Both the position numbers and the translations under genes were made by a program. From Macrostomum hystrix (Eukaryota > Animalia > Platyhelminthes): 64,000 nucleotides of DNA. Location: the NCBI GenBank assembly GCA_950097015.1, contig CATNEN010000011.1, positions 558,001 to 622,000 of the forward strand, given 5' to 3'. Each line of letters begins with the position of its first letter. Position 1 is the stretch's first letter. This document shows positions 23,274 to 35,000 of this stretch, one piece after another. A model generated the notes under the pieces. It saw only the letters and a list, made by a program, of their open reading frames with translations, did no database searches and had not been told where the DNA came from.

Positions 23274-24695
23274 TCAATTCTCGCCAGAACCGGCAGCTGC
23301 CGCTTGTCCTCCTGTGCGCCAAACCGGAGCTCCACCGAATCGAAACGCCTCGGCTGGGCCATGACCTCGATCTCCGACAGTCGCCGCAGTCGGCGCCAAG
23401 TCGCTGGAATAGTCTAGCAGAGCGCCGAGGCTCAACGGCTGCCAGGCACCGGAGTCGCTGCCGCCGTACATCATCAGCAGCCGGCGCCTGCGCTCTTGCA
23501 GAGTCGTCGGAGCCGACTGCTGCTGATTCTTTCGCATCGACGCTGAACTGGTCGACAGCGACGGTAGAAAGTGCCGTCTCGGCGCGGTCGGCGCTGCCAG
23601 GGCCGATGCTGTAGCGGCTGCCAGAGCTGATCGCCTGGATCTGGCCGCCTGCCGGTCCTCGGTCTGCTTGACGATCACCGACATCGGATCGTTGACAGCG
23701 GCGTACTCGGCGGCGAAGCGCTCGCTGAAGCGTAACAGCCCGCCATCGTCCGGCTTGGATGCGACGGCTTCGTCCACTAGGCGGTAGCGAAAGTTGTCGT
23801 AGCTGCCGCGAAGCTTCCGCCTACCTGCGCTGTCTAAATCACGGCGCAAGTAGGGATTATTCTCCTCGGTCACTGGCTCCAGGCGACCTCTTTGACTGGC
23901 GAGCTCCAATTCGTCGTATTTTCGCGTCACATCGAACGCCTGGTAGATCTGAGCCGAAGCGTCCGCAGCCGCTGCTTCTCGAGCCGACTTCGATATCAGA
24001 AACCTCCCGACGCCCAAGTTGCTCCAGCTGTCCTCGACGTCGTTCTCTGAAGAAGCCGCTTTGTTCTCATGGCAACCAACGGCAAGAGCTGGCAACGGAT
24101 TATTGTGCATCAGCATCTGGTAGGTGTCTCGATGCAGCTGGGCCTGTCTGTACATCACCTGCGGATATTTTAGAGAACGCTTATTTGCACTTTTCTGATG
24201 AAATATTTCTACCATAACAGGCCGCTGTGCGAGTTCTTTTTTCGACTCTCTCACCTCCTTTCTTCTCCGTCTCTCCAGCGCTGGTCGCGACCGTGGATTA
24301 GCCAACATCTGGCGGAACTCTCCATAGTCGTCGTCGCCGAACATTCTTGGCACCGGGGCCATCCGCCTGGCGATGCAGTCCCTAGCGTAGGTGTTGTAGG
24401 CTTCGCGAAGTCTCTCGGCCTCCACCTGGCTGCGCTGAGCAACCCTGGCACGAGATTCGGCGCGCAAACTGCCCCACACATCGTTGGCATCGGAGGTGAC
24501 ACTCTTCAGTGTCGTTGAAGTCTTCTCTCGGTACATCTGCTCGGCGCGAGTGTCCGCCTGCGGCTTCGGGTGCAGAAATTCGTCAGCCGCCCTGCGGCCG
24601 AGATATTCCTCGAGCACAGCGGCGTGATCGACTGGCTGTTGATGCGACTCATCGTCGGTCGCATCCGGCTGGATGTGCTCAGTGAAAGACGGTTC
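23274..24695 (-). CDS. Uncharacterised protein, large terminal exon (>=473 aa); start exon uncertain
   Basis: Open frame from acceptor TTTTCCAG|GAA at 24695 to the stop at 23274, GC-rich and coding-like. Candidate first coding micro-exon ATG CAA|GTAAG at 28156-28151 (speculative). Confidence 0.75.
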   Translation of the reverse strand, partial: EPSFTEHIQPDATDDESHQQPVDHAAVLEEYLGRRAADEFLHPKPQADTRAEQMYREKTSTTLKSVTSDANDVWGSLRAESRARVAQRSQVEAERLREAYNTYARDCIARRMAPVPRMFGDDDYGEFRQMLANPRSRPALERRRRKEVRESKKELAQRPVMVEIFHQKSANKRSLKYPQVMYRQAQLHRDTYQMLMHNNPLPALAVGCHENKAASSENDVEDSWSNLGVGRFLISKSAREAAAADASAQIYQAFDVTRKYDELELASQRGRLEPVTEENNPYLRRDLDSAGRRKLRGSYDNFRYRLVDEAVASKPDDGGLLRFSERFAAEYAAVNDPMSVIVKQTEDRQAARSRRSALAAATASALAAPTAPRRHFLPSLSTSSASMRKNQQQSAPTTLQERRRRLLMMYGGSDSGAWQPLSLGALLDYSSDLAPTAATVGDRGHGPAEAFRFGGAPVWRTGGQAAAAGSGEN

Positions 24696-25970
24696 CTGGA
24701 AAATTTGATTCGTTTTTTATAAGTTCTAAGAACAAACGTAAAGAATATTGTTCTCTTAGAGATAAATTATACACAAGTGAAAACAAAACGGTTTAAAAAT
24801 ATTGTTTCTAACTTGAAAGTTGCATTGAATGAACTATAAGTGACAAGTTTTTGTGCTTCACCCTTTGTTTTCAAGAAATAAGTAACTTTCTTTTTAGCTA
24901 TATATTTTTACAGCTATAGTGGAGCATTCATATATGTTTAAAAGCAGTGCTATAGAAAAGTGCAGAAATTTCCGCGAATAATTTATCTGGCAACTTTTAT
25001 AAAAAGGATTTCATTTATTAATTTCCTTAATTTTTGCATATATTCTCATGAAGCCCACATAATTGACATGTAATAAGTAGCTGGATGCAAAATTAAAACT
25101 TACACTAATTGAAGAATATAGTCATTAATGTAATTTAAATTCTTTGTCACTAAATTTTAATTTTTATGTACTAACACTAACAAACATCACTATTATGAAG
25201 TCAATAAAGACAATAAAACGTGGCACAACTTGAAGACGATAAATAAAATTAAAATGTATATAGTCATTAATCATGTTATTTCGTTATTTGTGAAAACTTT
25301 TGTGGGAAATTTATGTTATCCGTTTTTTCGCTGTTAGATGGATTGATTAAAGCCAATTCAACACAGTAAATTAACATGTCTAGACAATTTTGTTGATGTA
25401 CTAGAGGCAAAGAAGAAACATATTTATTATTTTCGTTGTTCAAATAAAAATAAGAGCTTTCATTTTATAAGTCAATTATTAGCAAACTAAAATAGTGTAG
25501 GTGTGTCCTAATGCTGCGAGTATTTAAAAAAATTTGTCTTTTCGAAAAAGTCAATACCTAGCAGACAAAAAATTATTTTAATAACTAACTCGATTAAATT
25601 TACTTTATTTAATTTTTTATACTATTTCTTGAGTACCCAACAAATTAGTTGTCAGAATCGATTTTAAAACCGGTTGCCACCTACTGCTTGTAGAATGTAA
25701 CAATATGTGTAATATGTGATTGAATTATTGCATTTTCACTTTGAAGCTGTTTAAAGCATGCTATAAAATGGGCTGCATTTAACTTGGCGGACAAAATTAA
25801 AGCGCAATTAGTTAGGCTTTGTTTAACTAAGGCTTTAAACGTTCAATACTACGAATTTCAATTTCAATACTACTGAACATCAAGGCTTCTCATCTTAGTC
25901 ACAAAGTTTACAAATTAAAAAATAATGTGAATATTCGGCAAACAGACTCAGCTTTTATTTTGCTTATTTA

Positions 25971-28003
25971 ACGGGTGTCCCAAAAATGGGTAACACTTTG
26001 TGCGCTCACTGTGAGTGAACAGTTACGCCTATAGCCAAGTAATTTAGCAGGCCTACAGTAAATATTTGTAAGTTTTTACAAATTTGTAAATTTTCGTAAC
26101 AAAAATTTGGTTACGAAATATTGCTCTAGAGGTGAGTTATTGACATGGATGAATGAATAGAATAGAATTATATTCATTCATCCATGGTTTATATTGAGCA
26201 CAGAAGTGTACGCTAGCTTTTCTGCCAAGCTTTGCCTACACAGCTGCCATAGACATTAATATTTTGCTTTAAAAAATCTTAAGCAGCATAGACTCTGAGA
26301 CGGTGTGTGCATGGTCAAATGCCAGTTTATTTGAAAAATCGCTGTTGTTTTTTGAGCTTGTACGCTAGCTTCTCTGCTAAGCTTTGCCATAGACAATATT
26401 TTTGCGTAATAAAATGACAAAGCATGCATAGACTCTGCATGAGACTCTGATCTAACGTTAAAATTTCCCATGGACGATTATAGCAGCCGCATAGTAGAAA
26501 CCGTCAATGGCCTGTAAGTTTGAAGAAGAAAACTCGTCTTCGGATCATCCAGTGCTATTACCGAAATGGAGAGAGCGTCACAGCTGCTTCGAGACAGTTC
26601 AACACTTGGCGAAATGCTCAACCAAACGCTGCGGCCATTCCTCTTTGCACAAAGAAGAATGTTCATCAACTGGTGCAAAAGTTTCTGACAAAAAAGAACT
26701 TACAGTTGTCACATAAAGGACACAGTGGCAGACCTCGCAGTGTCAGGACAGAAGAGCGCGTTTTTGACGTGATGAGAGAGTTGGAGGGTGAGAGAAATTC
26801 TCTGAGACAATTTGTTTCACGAGACCAGCTCGAAATGTCAACTTCGACTGTGCAGCGAATCGCGAGACAGGATCTTCACCTGCATGCATATCGTGCAGAG
26901 AAGAAGCACGGACTGCTACCAAGCGACTTTGTGCAGCGAGCAGAACTGTGTCATCTAATGCTGAACATGCGCACTCTTGAGAACACCAATCAGCCAATTG
27001 TGTTTGTTGACGAAGCCACATTTCGAACAGACGGCACGGTCAATCTCACGAATGACCGCGCGGTTCTGGTTCGCACGTAATTGGCACAGCCCCGAACATC
27101 CCGCCAGCCGAAGCACATCAAAATGCGCAAAGAGCAACAGTATTGGCTGGTACATTTCACGAGACTGCATGGCTTGGGGGGCCCTATTTTTTTCCCTGGA
27201 ACTGTCAACTCTAAGGCTTATCAGGATGCATTGGAGCTTTTTCTGATTCTGGATCTTAATGCGGCTAGCATCCGAAACGTTTGGTTTGTGCAAGATGGTC
27301 CTGCGCACACGTCTCGACTCGCCAGTTTCTTAGTGACGCTTTCGGTGCCGATAGATCAGAGTGATTAGCAAAACCTTGGCCAGCAAGATGGTCACCTGAT
27401 TTGAATCCGGTCGACTACTTTCTTTGGGGCTTTGCTCGTGAGCTCGTCTACGCCCATGGAGGCTTTTTGAATTTACATCATCTGAACGCATCCATTGTTC
27501 GAGCTTTTGATTAGATTCGGCAGAACCGGATGGATGCTGTCCGCAATTATGCCGCCGATGGCTTAATTCTTTGGTCGGCTCCGTGAGTGCATTGAAAATG
27601 ATGGGTATCATTTGAGGCACAGATAAAAGTTTATGAACACCATAATGCTATCCTCACTGTACGTACGTTGTTGTCTATCCTTGTTTGCGTTACATGTTTG
27701 CTTTATGCTCCGTTTTTTCAGATAAACAGGCATTTGACCACACACCGTCTCAGAGTCTATGCTGCTTAAAGATTTTTTAAAGCAAAATATTGTCTATGAC
27801 AGCTGTGTAGGCAAGGCTTGGCAGAAAAGCTAGCGTACACTTCTGTGCTCAATAACTCGTCTCTAGAGCGATTTTTCGTAACCAAATTTTTGTGGGAAAA
27901 ACTTACAAATGTTTACTTTAGACCTGTTAAATTACTTGGTTATAGGCCTAACTGTTCACTCACAGTGAGCGCACAAAGTGTTACCCTTTTTTGGGACACC
28001 CGC
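25971..28003 (+). mobile_element. Tc1/mariner (DDD, maT-like) element with ~300-bp TIRs and TA TSD, decayed
   Basis: TA|ACGGGTGTCCCAAAAA...TTTTTTGGGACACCCGC|TA; TIR similarity extends over ~25971-26338 versus 27715-28003. Confidence 0.92.
26507..27620 (+). pseudogene. Tc1/mariner-family transposase pseudogene
   Basis: HTH region (IIQCYYRNGES..AASRQF, GRPRS), IVFVDEATF, WFVQDG-PAH, WPARWSPDLNPVDYFLWG. Frameshift near 26520, TAA at 27078 and further frameshifts near 27300-27370. Confidence 0.9.
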
Positions 28004-29082
28004 TATAACATTCTTTGTTTGTTCGTTGTTCCTAGTAGGCAATAAATAAATAAATAAATTATTGAAATTTCCGGCACGCGATTGTCGAGTGATTTTATTG
28101 AGTTATAACAACTTTGAAAATTGCATGGGTAAAGTATTTTATTTTCTTACTTGCATTTTTTTGTTGATTGCTTTTTTAATGTTTTTACTGTTAGAATATC
28201 TCATCGTTTGTTATTCGTTATAAGTGCCGAGGGCATGTATTTATTTTAACATTGAATATTTCCATCATTTTTACAAAATTGAACGGATTTGTGTTCTTAT
28301 TGTTTCGACACGAGACCGTGAATCGTTTCAATTTGAACTGCTTTGGTCGTTTTTCTTTTGCTGGTAATTTTATAGTTTCTTCGATATTCGATGACTAAGG
28401 ATGTGGTTGAATATAGTATCGCTTGTGTTTTCATGTTTTTTTCCTATGGACTAATGATAAAAAAATGTTATCAATATATGATATGATAGTTGCAATAATG
28501 ATTGGTATTTTAATAATTAAATACTTTGTGACAGATTCTTTATACTCGATTACACGAGATTTCTGTGCTTCGCACAGATTCTAATTAGGCTTTAAACTTA
28601 TAGTGGCTCATGCTGACAGCTTCTTCGAAAATTATTTTGAAGGCCTAAATTAGGATTTTTGCAGTACTTTGTTCTTGAAAACGTAGACCTAAAATTGAAA
28701 TTTAGTTTTGCTGCTTTATATTAGAAGGCTATTCTGTATAATTATTAAAGACATAATATCAATAACTGTTTAAGTCTTCAATAATAAATGTTTAAATTGG
28801 ACTACAAAATATTATTTTACGCTTCGATTTTTTCTCACAATAATGTCAATGTCATTTTTTACTCTATGAGCTAAAGTTTTATAAAAAATATTTATATTTA
28901 TTGAAATTTATTTTGTAATTAGTTGTATATTTTTAATCCACTTTAGTATTGATGTAATTGACAAGACTGAGAAGATCGATAACGAACGAATTCGCACAAA
29001 AAAAGATTTTTTTAGACAAATACGGAAAAAATCTAAACTTAACTCTTTATATCATTGTTCTATATTTCAGCGCAGTAAAGGA

Positions 29083-32000
29083 ATGATTAAATTCGACGCC
29101 AGAAAAGATGACAAGGGAAGGCCAAAGATAACTTTCCAAGCTGGTAAAGTCCTTTTTAACTTTTTAACCTTAGACACCTGTTTTATTATAGTTATGGCTC
29201 GTATATGCTAAAAAAAGTAACAAAAGCCATTTTAATGAAACTCTGATCCCTCGCAGCTGATCAAAATCCGCGAGGCAACAGTCGAAAACAATCGGGCGGT
29301 GGAAGAGCTCCGGCTGGTGGGACAGATTCAAAACAACAGCGAGGTCAACAGCGTCGAGCTGGCCCAGCTGCGAAGGCATCCAATGCCGATGATCCGGCCC
29401 TCGGTCAACGAAAGCGCGCCCAGGCGGCAGCAGCGGACGATGCCGGCATCCTGACCGAGACTCAACTGAAAGCCATCCTGCAGTCGGTGGAGAAGCTCAC
29501 ATCAACTGGGGAAAGGGACGTCAGGATCGAAGTTGGTGAGTGTAAAAGGGGATGTCAACCTAGGCTCTAGAATGGATCCCGAGGTCGATCCTCGAACCAA
29601 ACCGAAACCAAGCCACGATCGATTCGGATAGAAACGCCGAGTCGCTTACAGCCGGCTACCATACCAATTAAAGTGCTGGAAGTTTTATGAGCACACGCCT
29701 CCTAAGGGATGCAACACTCGAAAGTTTGGACCATGGAGATTGTCCTGGATTGACTTGACATTAAATCCCCATTTTATGCTATTTGTCCCCGACGGTACCA
29801 AAGGAAGGCTGGGTGAGAGTTCTCGGCGTTTCTAGTCGACTAGATTGACAATCTACTGATTTCAGTCGGTTTGGTTTGAGGATTGACCTTTATCCAGTGT
29901 TAGGCGTGTTACCAAAAAAGTAACGATTATGGTGTTAATGATCGTTACTTTTAATCGTTACTTATATTTTTTGTAACTTTTACCACAAATCTGCAACTAT
30001 TTACGTAAGCACGTTATTATTACGTGTAGCTTTGTTAATCGGTCATCACTCAAATCATATGTTTTAATCTCCAACATTGTCCACTTTTTTAGACTCCGTT
30101 ATCACTCTCACTGATCTTGATTATTTCGGGCTTGGGTTAACCATGAAATCACATGAAGATTTTAGATTAGATTGATAAAGTGAAGTAATCAGAGTAAATT
30201 AACCAACTGCATGTAGTCAGTCTATGGAATGGACCAATAAATATTTCGCGAAATTTGGACTTCGCAACAAAAACAAAAAAACCTTCGAATCAAAAAAATG
30301 GATGCACAATATATCAATGTCAAACAAAGAAATCGAAAGATATAGTTGCTATTTATATAAACTTTACTATTTTTTATACTAGTATTTCGAAAAATACACA
30401 ATTTTTAATGCTGCAAAATAAATAATTTACAATGCTGCTAATTGCATATTTTGTTTCGGAACTTGGAAACAAAAACAGGTACGCGAAAAAGTAGCGTTGC
30501 AAAATAGTAACGATCATTATCAAATTGGTAACTAGTAACGAGAAACGCTCCCAACATTCCCTATATCCTCAAACCTCCTACCATCTATCTGTTACCTCTG
30601 ATCTCTGCCAGCTGATTATTGATCACAGCTCTGATAGCATTGTAGAATTATAGGCATGTTCTTAGTAATTAAACTCGTCATCTCCACTCCAGACGGGCAG
30701 CACAATCGCGTGAAGATTGAAGGCCGCTTGCACCAGCCCTGGGCCGTGTCGGACGATTCAGCCGAAGCCTCGAAGAAGCCATTGAAACCGCCGCCAGCAT
30801 CGTCAACAGCAAATCATCAGCGAGAGGCGGCAAATTCAAAGAGAACCGCCGGCCAGGCGTCTACAAAATCTGAGTCGCTAGATGAGAAAATGCAGCGACT
30901 GATAACTGAGAACATGGACAAGCTGAGCGAAGACGCTCTCGTAGATCTTCTGTCCAAGGTCTACGTTGAAGAGAAACAGCGGATGCTGGAACCGGACGAC
31001 AAAGCGGACTGGGATGACGCAAAAGCAGCTGCGTCTACTGAGCAGCCTCAAAGACAGCTCAGGGTAGGTGAAGCCTTTAGCTTTGTCGGAGTGCAATTAT
31101 TTCTACCTGAAATGAGGTAGTTTAGATTTTCATAATTTAGGATGACCATACTTTTTACAAACTACTTTAAGTAGAATTATAACCATACACTATTTCTCCC
31201 CATTATCGTTAGCACGTGACCAAAAATGTCCATCAGATTTAGCCTACCAAGTTTTTGTTCATTCTTTTTTGTCGCAGAACGGTCAGCCCGCTCCGAAGGC
31301 CGTCGAACAGGCCTCGCCAACGGTTGCCAAGGCCACTACGGCGGCAGCCTCTCTACCCGCAGCTGCCGCGGCGCCACAGGCAGTTCCACTGACCAAAGCG
31401 GAGCAGATGAAGCTCAAATGGGCCCAGGAGTTGGCCGAGCAGCAGGGCCTCTCCGGCTACGATCCATGGGGACGTCCGGGGGCCGGCGCACCGCCATTGT
31501 CCTCGTCTGGTCGGTTTCAGCCCCAGCAACAGCAGCAGCAGCAGTCTGCTAGGTAGCCGTCCAATTTATCTTGCAGAATTTCCTTAATTTGTCGCATACC
31601 ATCATGTCCGACAGGTCACAATTAAATAGACCTGACTGTTAGCACCCGGTCTAACAGGTTAGTGTCTTCGTCTAAAAGGCTAGAATATTCATCTAAGCAT
31701 CTTCATTAAAGATGTTATCTTCATATAGCAAGTTAGCATCTTCGACTAACAGGTTAGCATCTTCGACTAACAGGTTAGCATCTTCGACTAACAGGTTAGC
31801 ATCTTCGACTAACAGGTTAGCATCTTCGACTAACAGGTTAGCATCTTCGACTTACAGGTTAGCATCTTCATATCACAGGTTTGTATCTTCATTTAACAGG
31901 TTAGTATCTTGATAGAACAGGTTAGCATCTTCGTCTAACAGGTGTCCGTGAACCTGTCTTAACTAATTTATTAAGTGACGTCAAATAGTCAATGCACCTG

Positions 32001-35000
32001 CAACGCCGTTGCAGACCGCCGCAGCCGCCTCAAAGACGGCCAAGTCTGCCTGAGCAGCAGGCACAGAGTCAGCAACAGCAGCAGCAGCCCCAGCAGCTGG
32101 ACCTGGCCTCCTCCCATCAGCCAGCCGCAATTCGGAGCTCCTTCCTCACGGGCGAAGCCGCCCCGGACGCCAGCCGATTCGATGCGGCCAAGGAGGCGGC
32201 TAGACGACAGTGGCTGGCCGACCTGGAGAGTCAGCGCGAAGCTCAGCGACGCGCCAAGCAGAACGGAGAGCCGCCTCAGGCAAAGTTCTGGTCCACGCAG
32301 AAGCAGCAGCTGCCGGCACAGCCGCAGCCGCCACTTCAGCAGCCGCCAGTATCTACGGGATTCGAGCGCGGCCGAGGCGGCATCTTCGGCGGCGGCCCGG
32401 TTGACGAGGAGCGACGCCGGCGCGAGCTGGAATATCAGGCGGCGCTGATGGCACAGGCCGAGGAGCGCCGAGTCCAGCGGGCCCAGGAGCGAGTTAGAGC
32501 CGCGATGGAGGACGCAGAGGCTGAAAGAAGGTTTCGCGAAACACAACAGCCGCAAGCTCAGCAGCAGCACACAAAGGTAGACCGCATGCTATTAAAGCAG
32601 TCTAAAAGGTTGAGCTCATACCTTTAACAGTAGAAATAACCGCGTAATTTTTCCCCAAGGGAAAGAACACGGGGGGTATTTCAAATACTCACTTCCTACT
32701 TCACGATAGCTCCGAAAACAAACGACCGATTTTCGTGAAAGTCCACCATTTGGATCAAAATTACCGCCCTTTACGACGAACTAACATTCAAAGCCGTCCT
32801 ATGTTAGCATCGTCGAGATATTCAGCAATTCTTGTCGAAGACCCTGTTGACAAGGGCAACTAACATTGCTCTGTATAAACCTGTGTGGATATTTGGAATA
32901 CCCCGAGATCTTACTACTGTTAAGCTATCACAAGCTCGTACAAGTCTGTAAAAGACGTATAGGAGGTTTTATAGATCTAACGGGTGACACTCCTACCAGT
33001 TTAATAACCTGCGCTTGCACCAGTAATCAGGTGTTCTGTCCCTTAGACTGGGATGGCTCTTGCATCCACCCAATTTTCTACACCAACCCATTTTCAAGCT
33101 TGGCGTCTTACTTAAGGACACAAACCTCTTTGGTCAGAAGTCAGAAGATCTATGAGCGTAATGAATCGTTTCACTTCGCAGGCTGTGCAGCCGGCCCCAT
33201 ATGCGACCAGCGCCGCATCTCCACGGCCAGCCGCTCCGGTTGATCTGGCTCAGTCGCTGCTGCTTGCAGAGGAAACTTCCAAGTTAGTTGCTTCTTTTAG
33301 TTTGGGATTCAAAGTTTCTGAAGGTAACAGCTTATGGGTTGAGTGCTTCAGTCAATGCTCCATCCAACTACATAACCCAGGCTGCACAAGGCCCTCGGCC
33401 GCATTGAGAAACTGGAAGCTGGCGGTCACGACACCAGCAACCTGAAGCGGAACCTGCTCGCCACCTACGGCAGTTCACCGACACTGATGAAAATTCTTCA
33501 ATCTGCCGGCATCGGCAGGAAGGCGCCCTCGCCGCAGCCACCGATTTTGCCTCAACAATCGCCCTCGCCGCCGTCGCCGCCGCCACAAGAAACAAGCTAT
33601 CGACATCTTCGGGGGGTGAGTGACATATTGGTCAAACGCGTTTGCCTCTTGCACCAAGGTCCCTGAGCTCGATAATGTCCCGTGGCGAGGCCACATTCAT
33701 TTGGGGCTCAGCCGCGGAGAGAAGGCTTGGGGGCTTGTCGTGCAATTTACGTCCTTGAGGGCCAACCTCCAAGGCACAGTGAGAGTGTACACTGCCTGAC
33801 GACGAGAAAGTCAGGGCAGATGTACACACCCGTATGATCGTGTGCCTGCGTACGGTATCTGTGTGCGTGTGTGCTCAGGAGTCAGCGAAATGGGCAGAAT
33901 TGCCTCCTCGCTGGCTGCGAGTCTAATGTCACCAAGTGATGTGCCGTTGGCCGCAGCCCTCCTGCAATTATTAACTTTTTAACTGTTGACCCTTCATATT
34001 ATTATATTGTAACGTCATCTTTAACATCATGAGCAGCAGCAGCCAGTGGTGCCTTCCCATCGTCACGTGATCGTTGAGCCAGACGAAATTCCCGGCTTAA
34101 ACGGAGATGATAATGACGACGTGGACCGGGAAAATCGTCGACGTCGAAGTCCGTCGCCGCCGCAGTCATCGTCGCGTCGACGACATCGTCGAGTTCTGAG
34201 CGATGAACGCCTAAGAGAGGAGCGCCAGAATCAGAGACTGAAGCAGCAGCAGCAACAACAGCAGCAGAAACCAAATATGCGAACTAGACGACTTTCTGAG
34301 TCACGTGAAGACCCTAGACAGCAGCAGCAGCAGCAGCGGCAGCCAGCAAGGCAACAGCAGCACCAGAAACAGGCAAAGCCAAGCCAGAAGCCGGTGCCAG
34401 TCAGCGAACGACCTCCGTGGGGCTCGCGGGCCGCCACTCAGCTCAAGAAGCCGCCAAAGGTGGCGCCTCAGAAGCAGCAGCAGCAGCAACAACTGCAGCG
34501 ACAGCAACAGCAGCAGCTTCCAATTCCGACTTCAGACTCAAAAAGGCCTCCTCCGTCGACTTATCACCGGGTGGAGGCAAATGAACAGCAGCCACGTCAG
34601 CCAAGGCAGCAGCAGCAGCAGCAGCAGCAGCCACACTATCGTACATATGAGCTGCATTCGGTGAGTTCACCATTAGCTGCGTGGCAGTGAATTTCAGGTT
34701 TCTGTGCGGTCATGTACTACTCAATAGGAAACTCCCATTTTAACATATTGTATAAAAAACAGTTCTATCGACCCTTCCCGTCTGTGTTTTATAGCTCTGA
34801 TCAAATACTTTTTAATGTAAAAAGCTAAATTATCCTAGGATTTTAGGATTAGGATCCTTGGATTCAGAACCTCTCGGGGAGTTTCTCGAAATGTTAGAAA
34901 TACTTTTTAGCAAATGTGAACCTAATTTTTAAAGTACATTCTTAATGTACTGGTTAATGAGACAATGCTTCGCAAAAAAACTAATTTTTTTCATTATTTT

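Noticed and set aside
34830-34910. Short terminal exon for CCDC66-like before the SIDT gene
   Set aside because: Only short non-conserved frames; the conserved C-terminus is at 46915-47052. It could still be a minor isoform.
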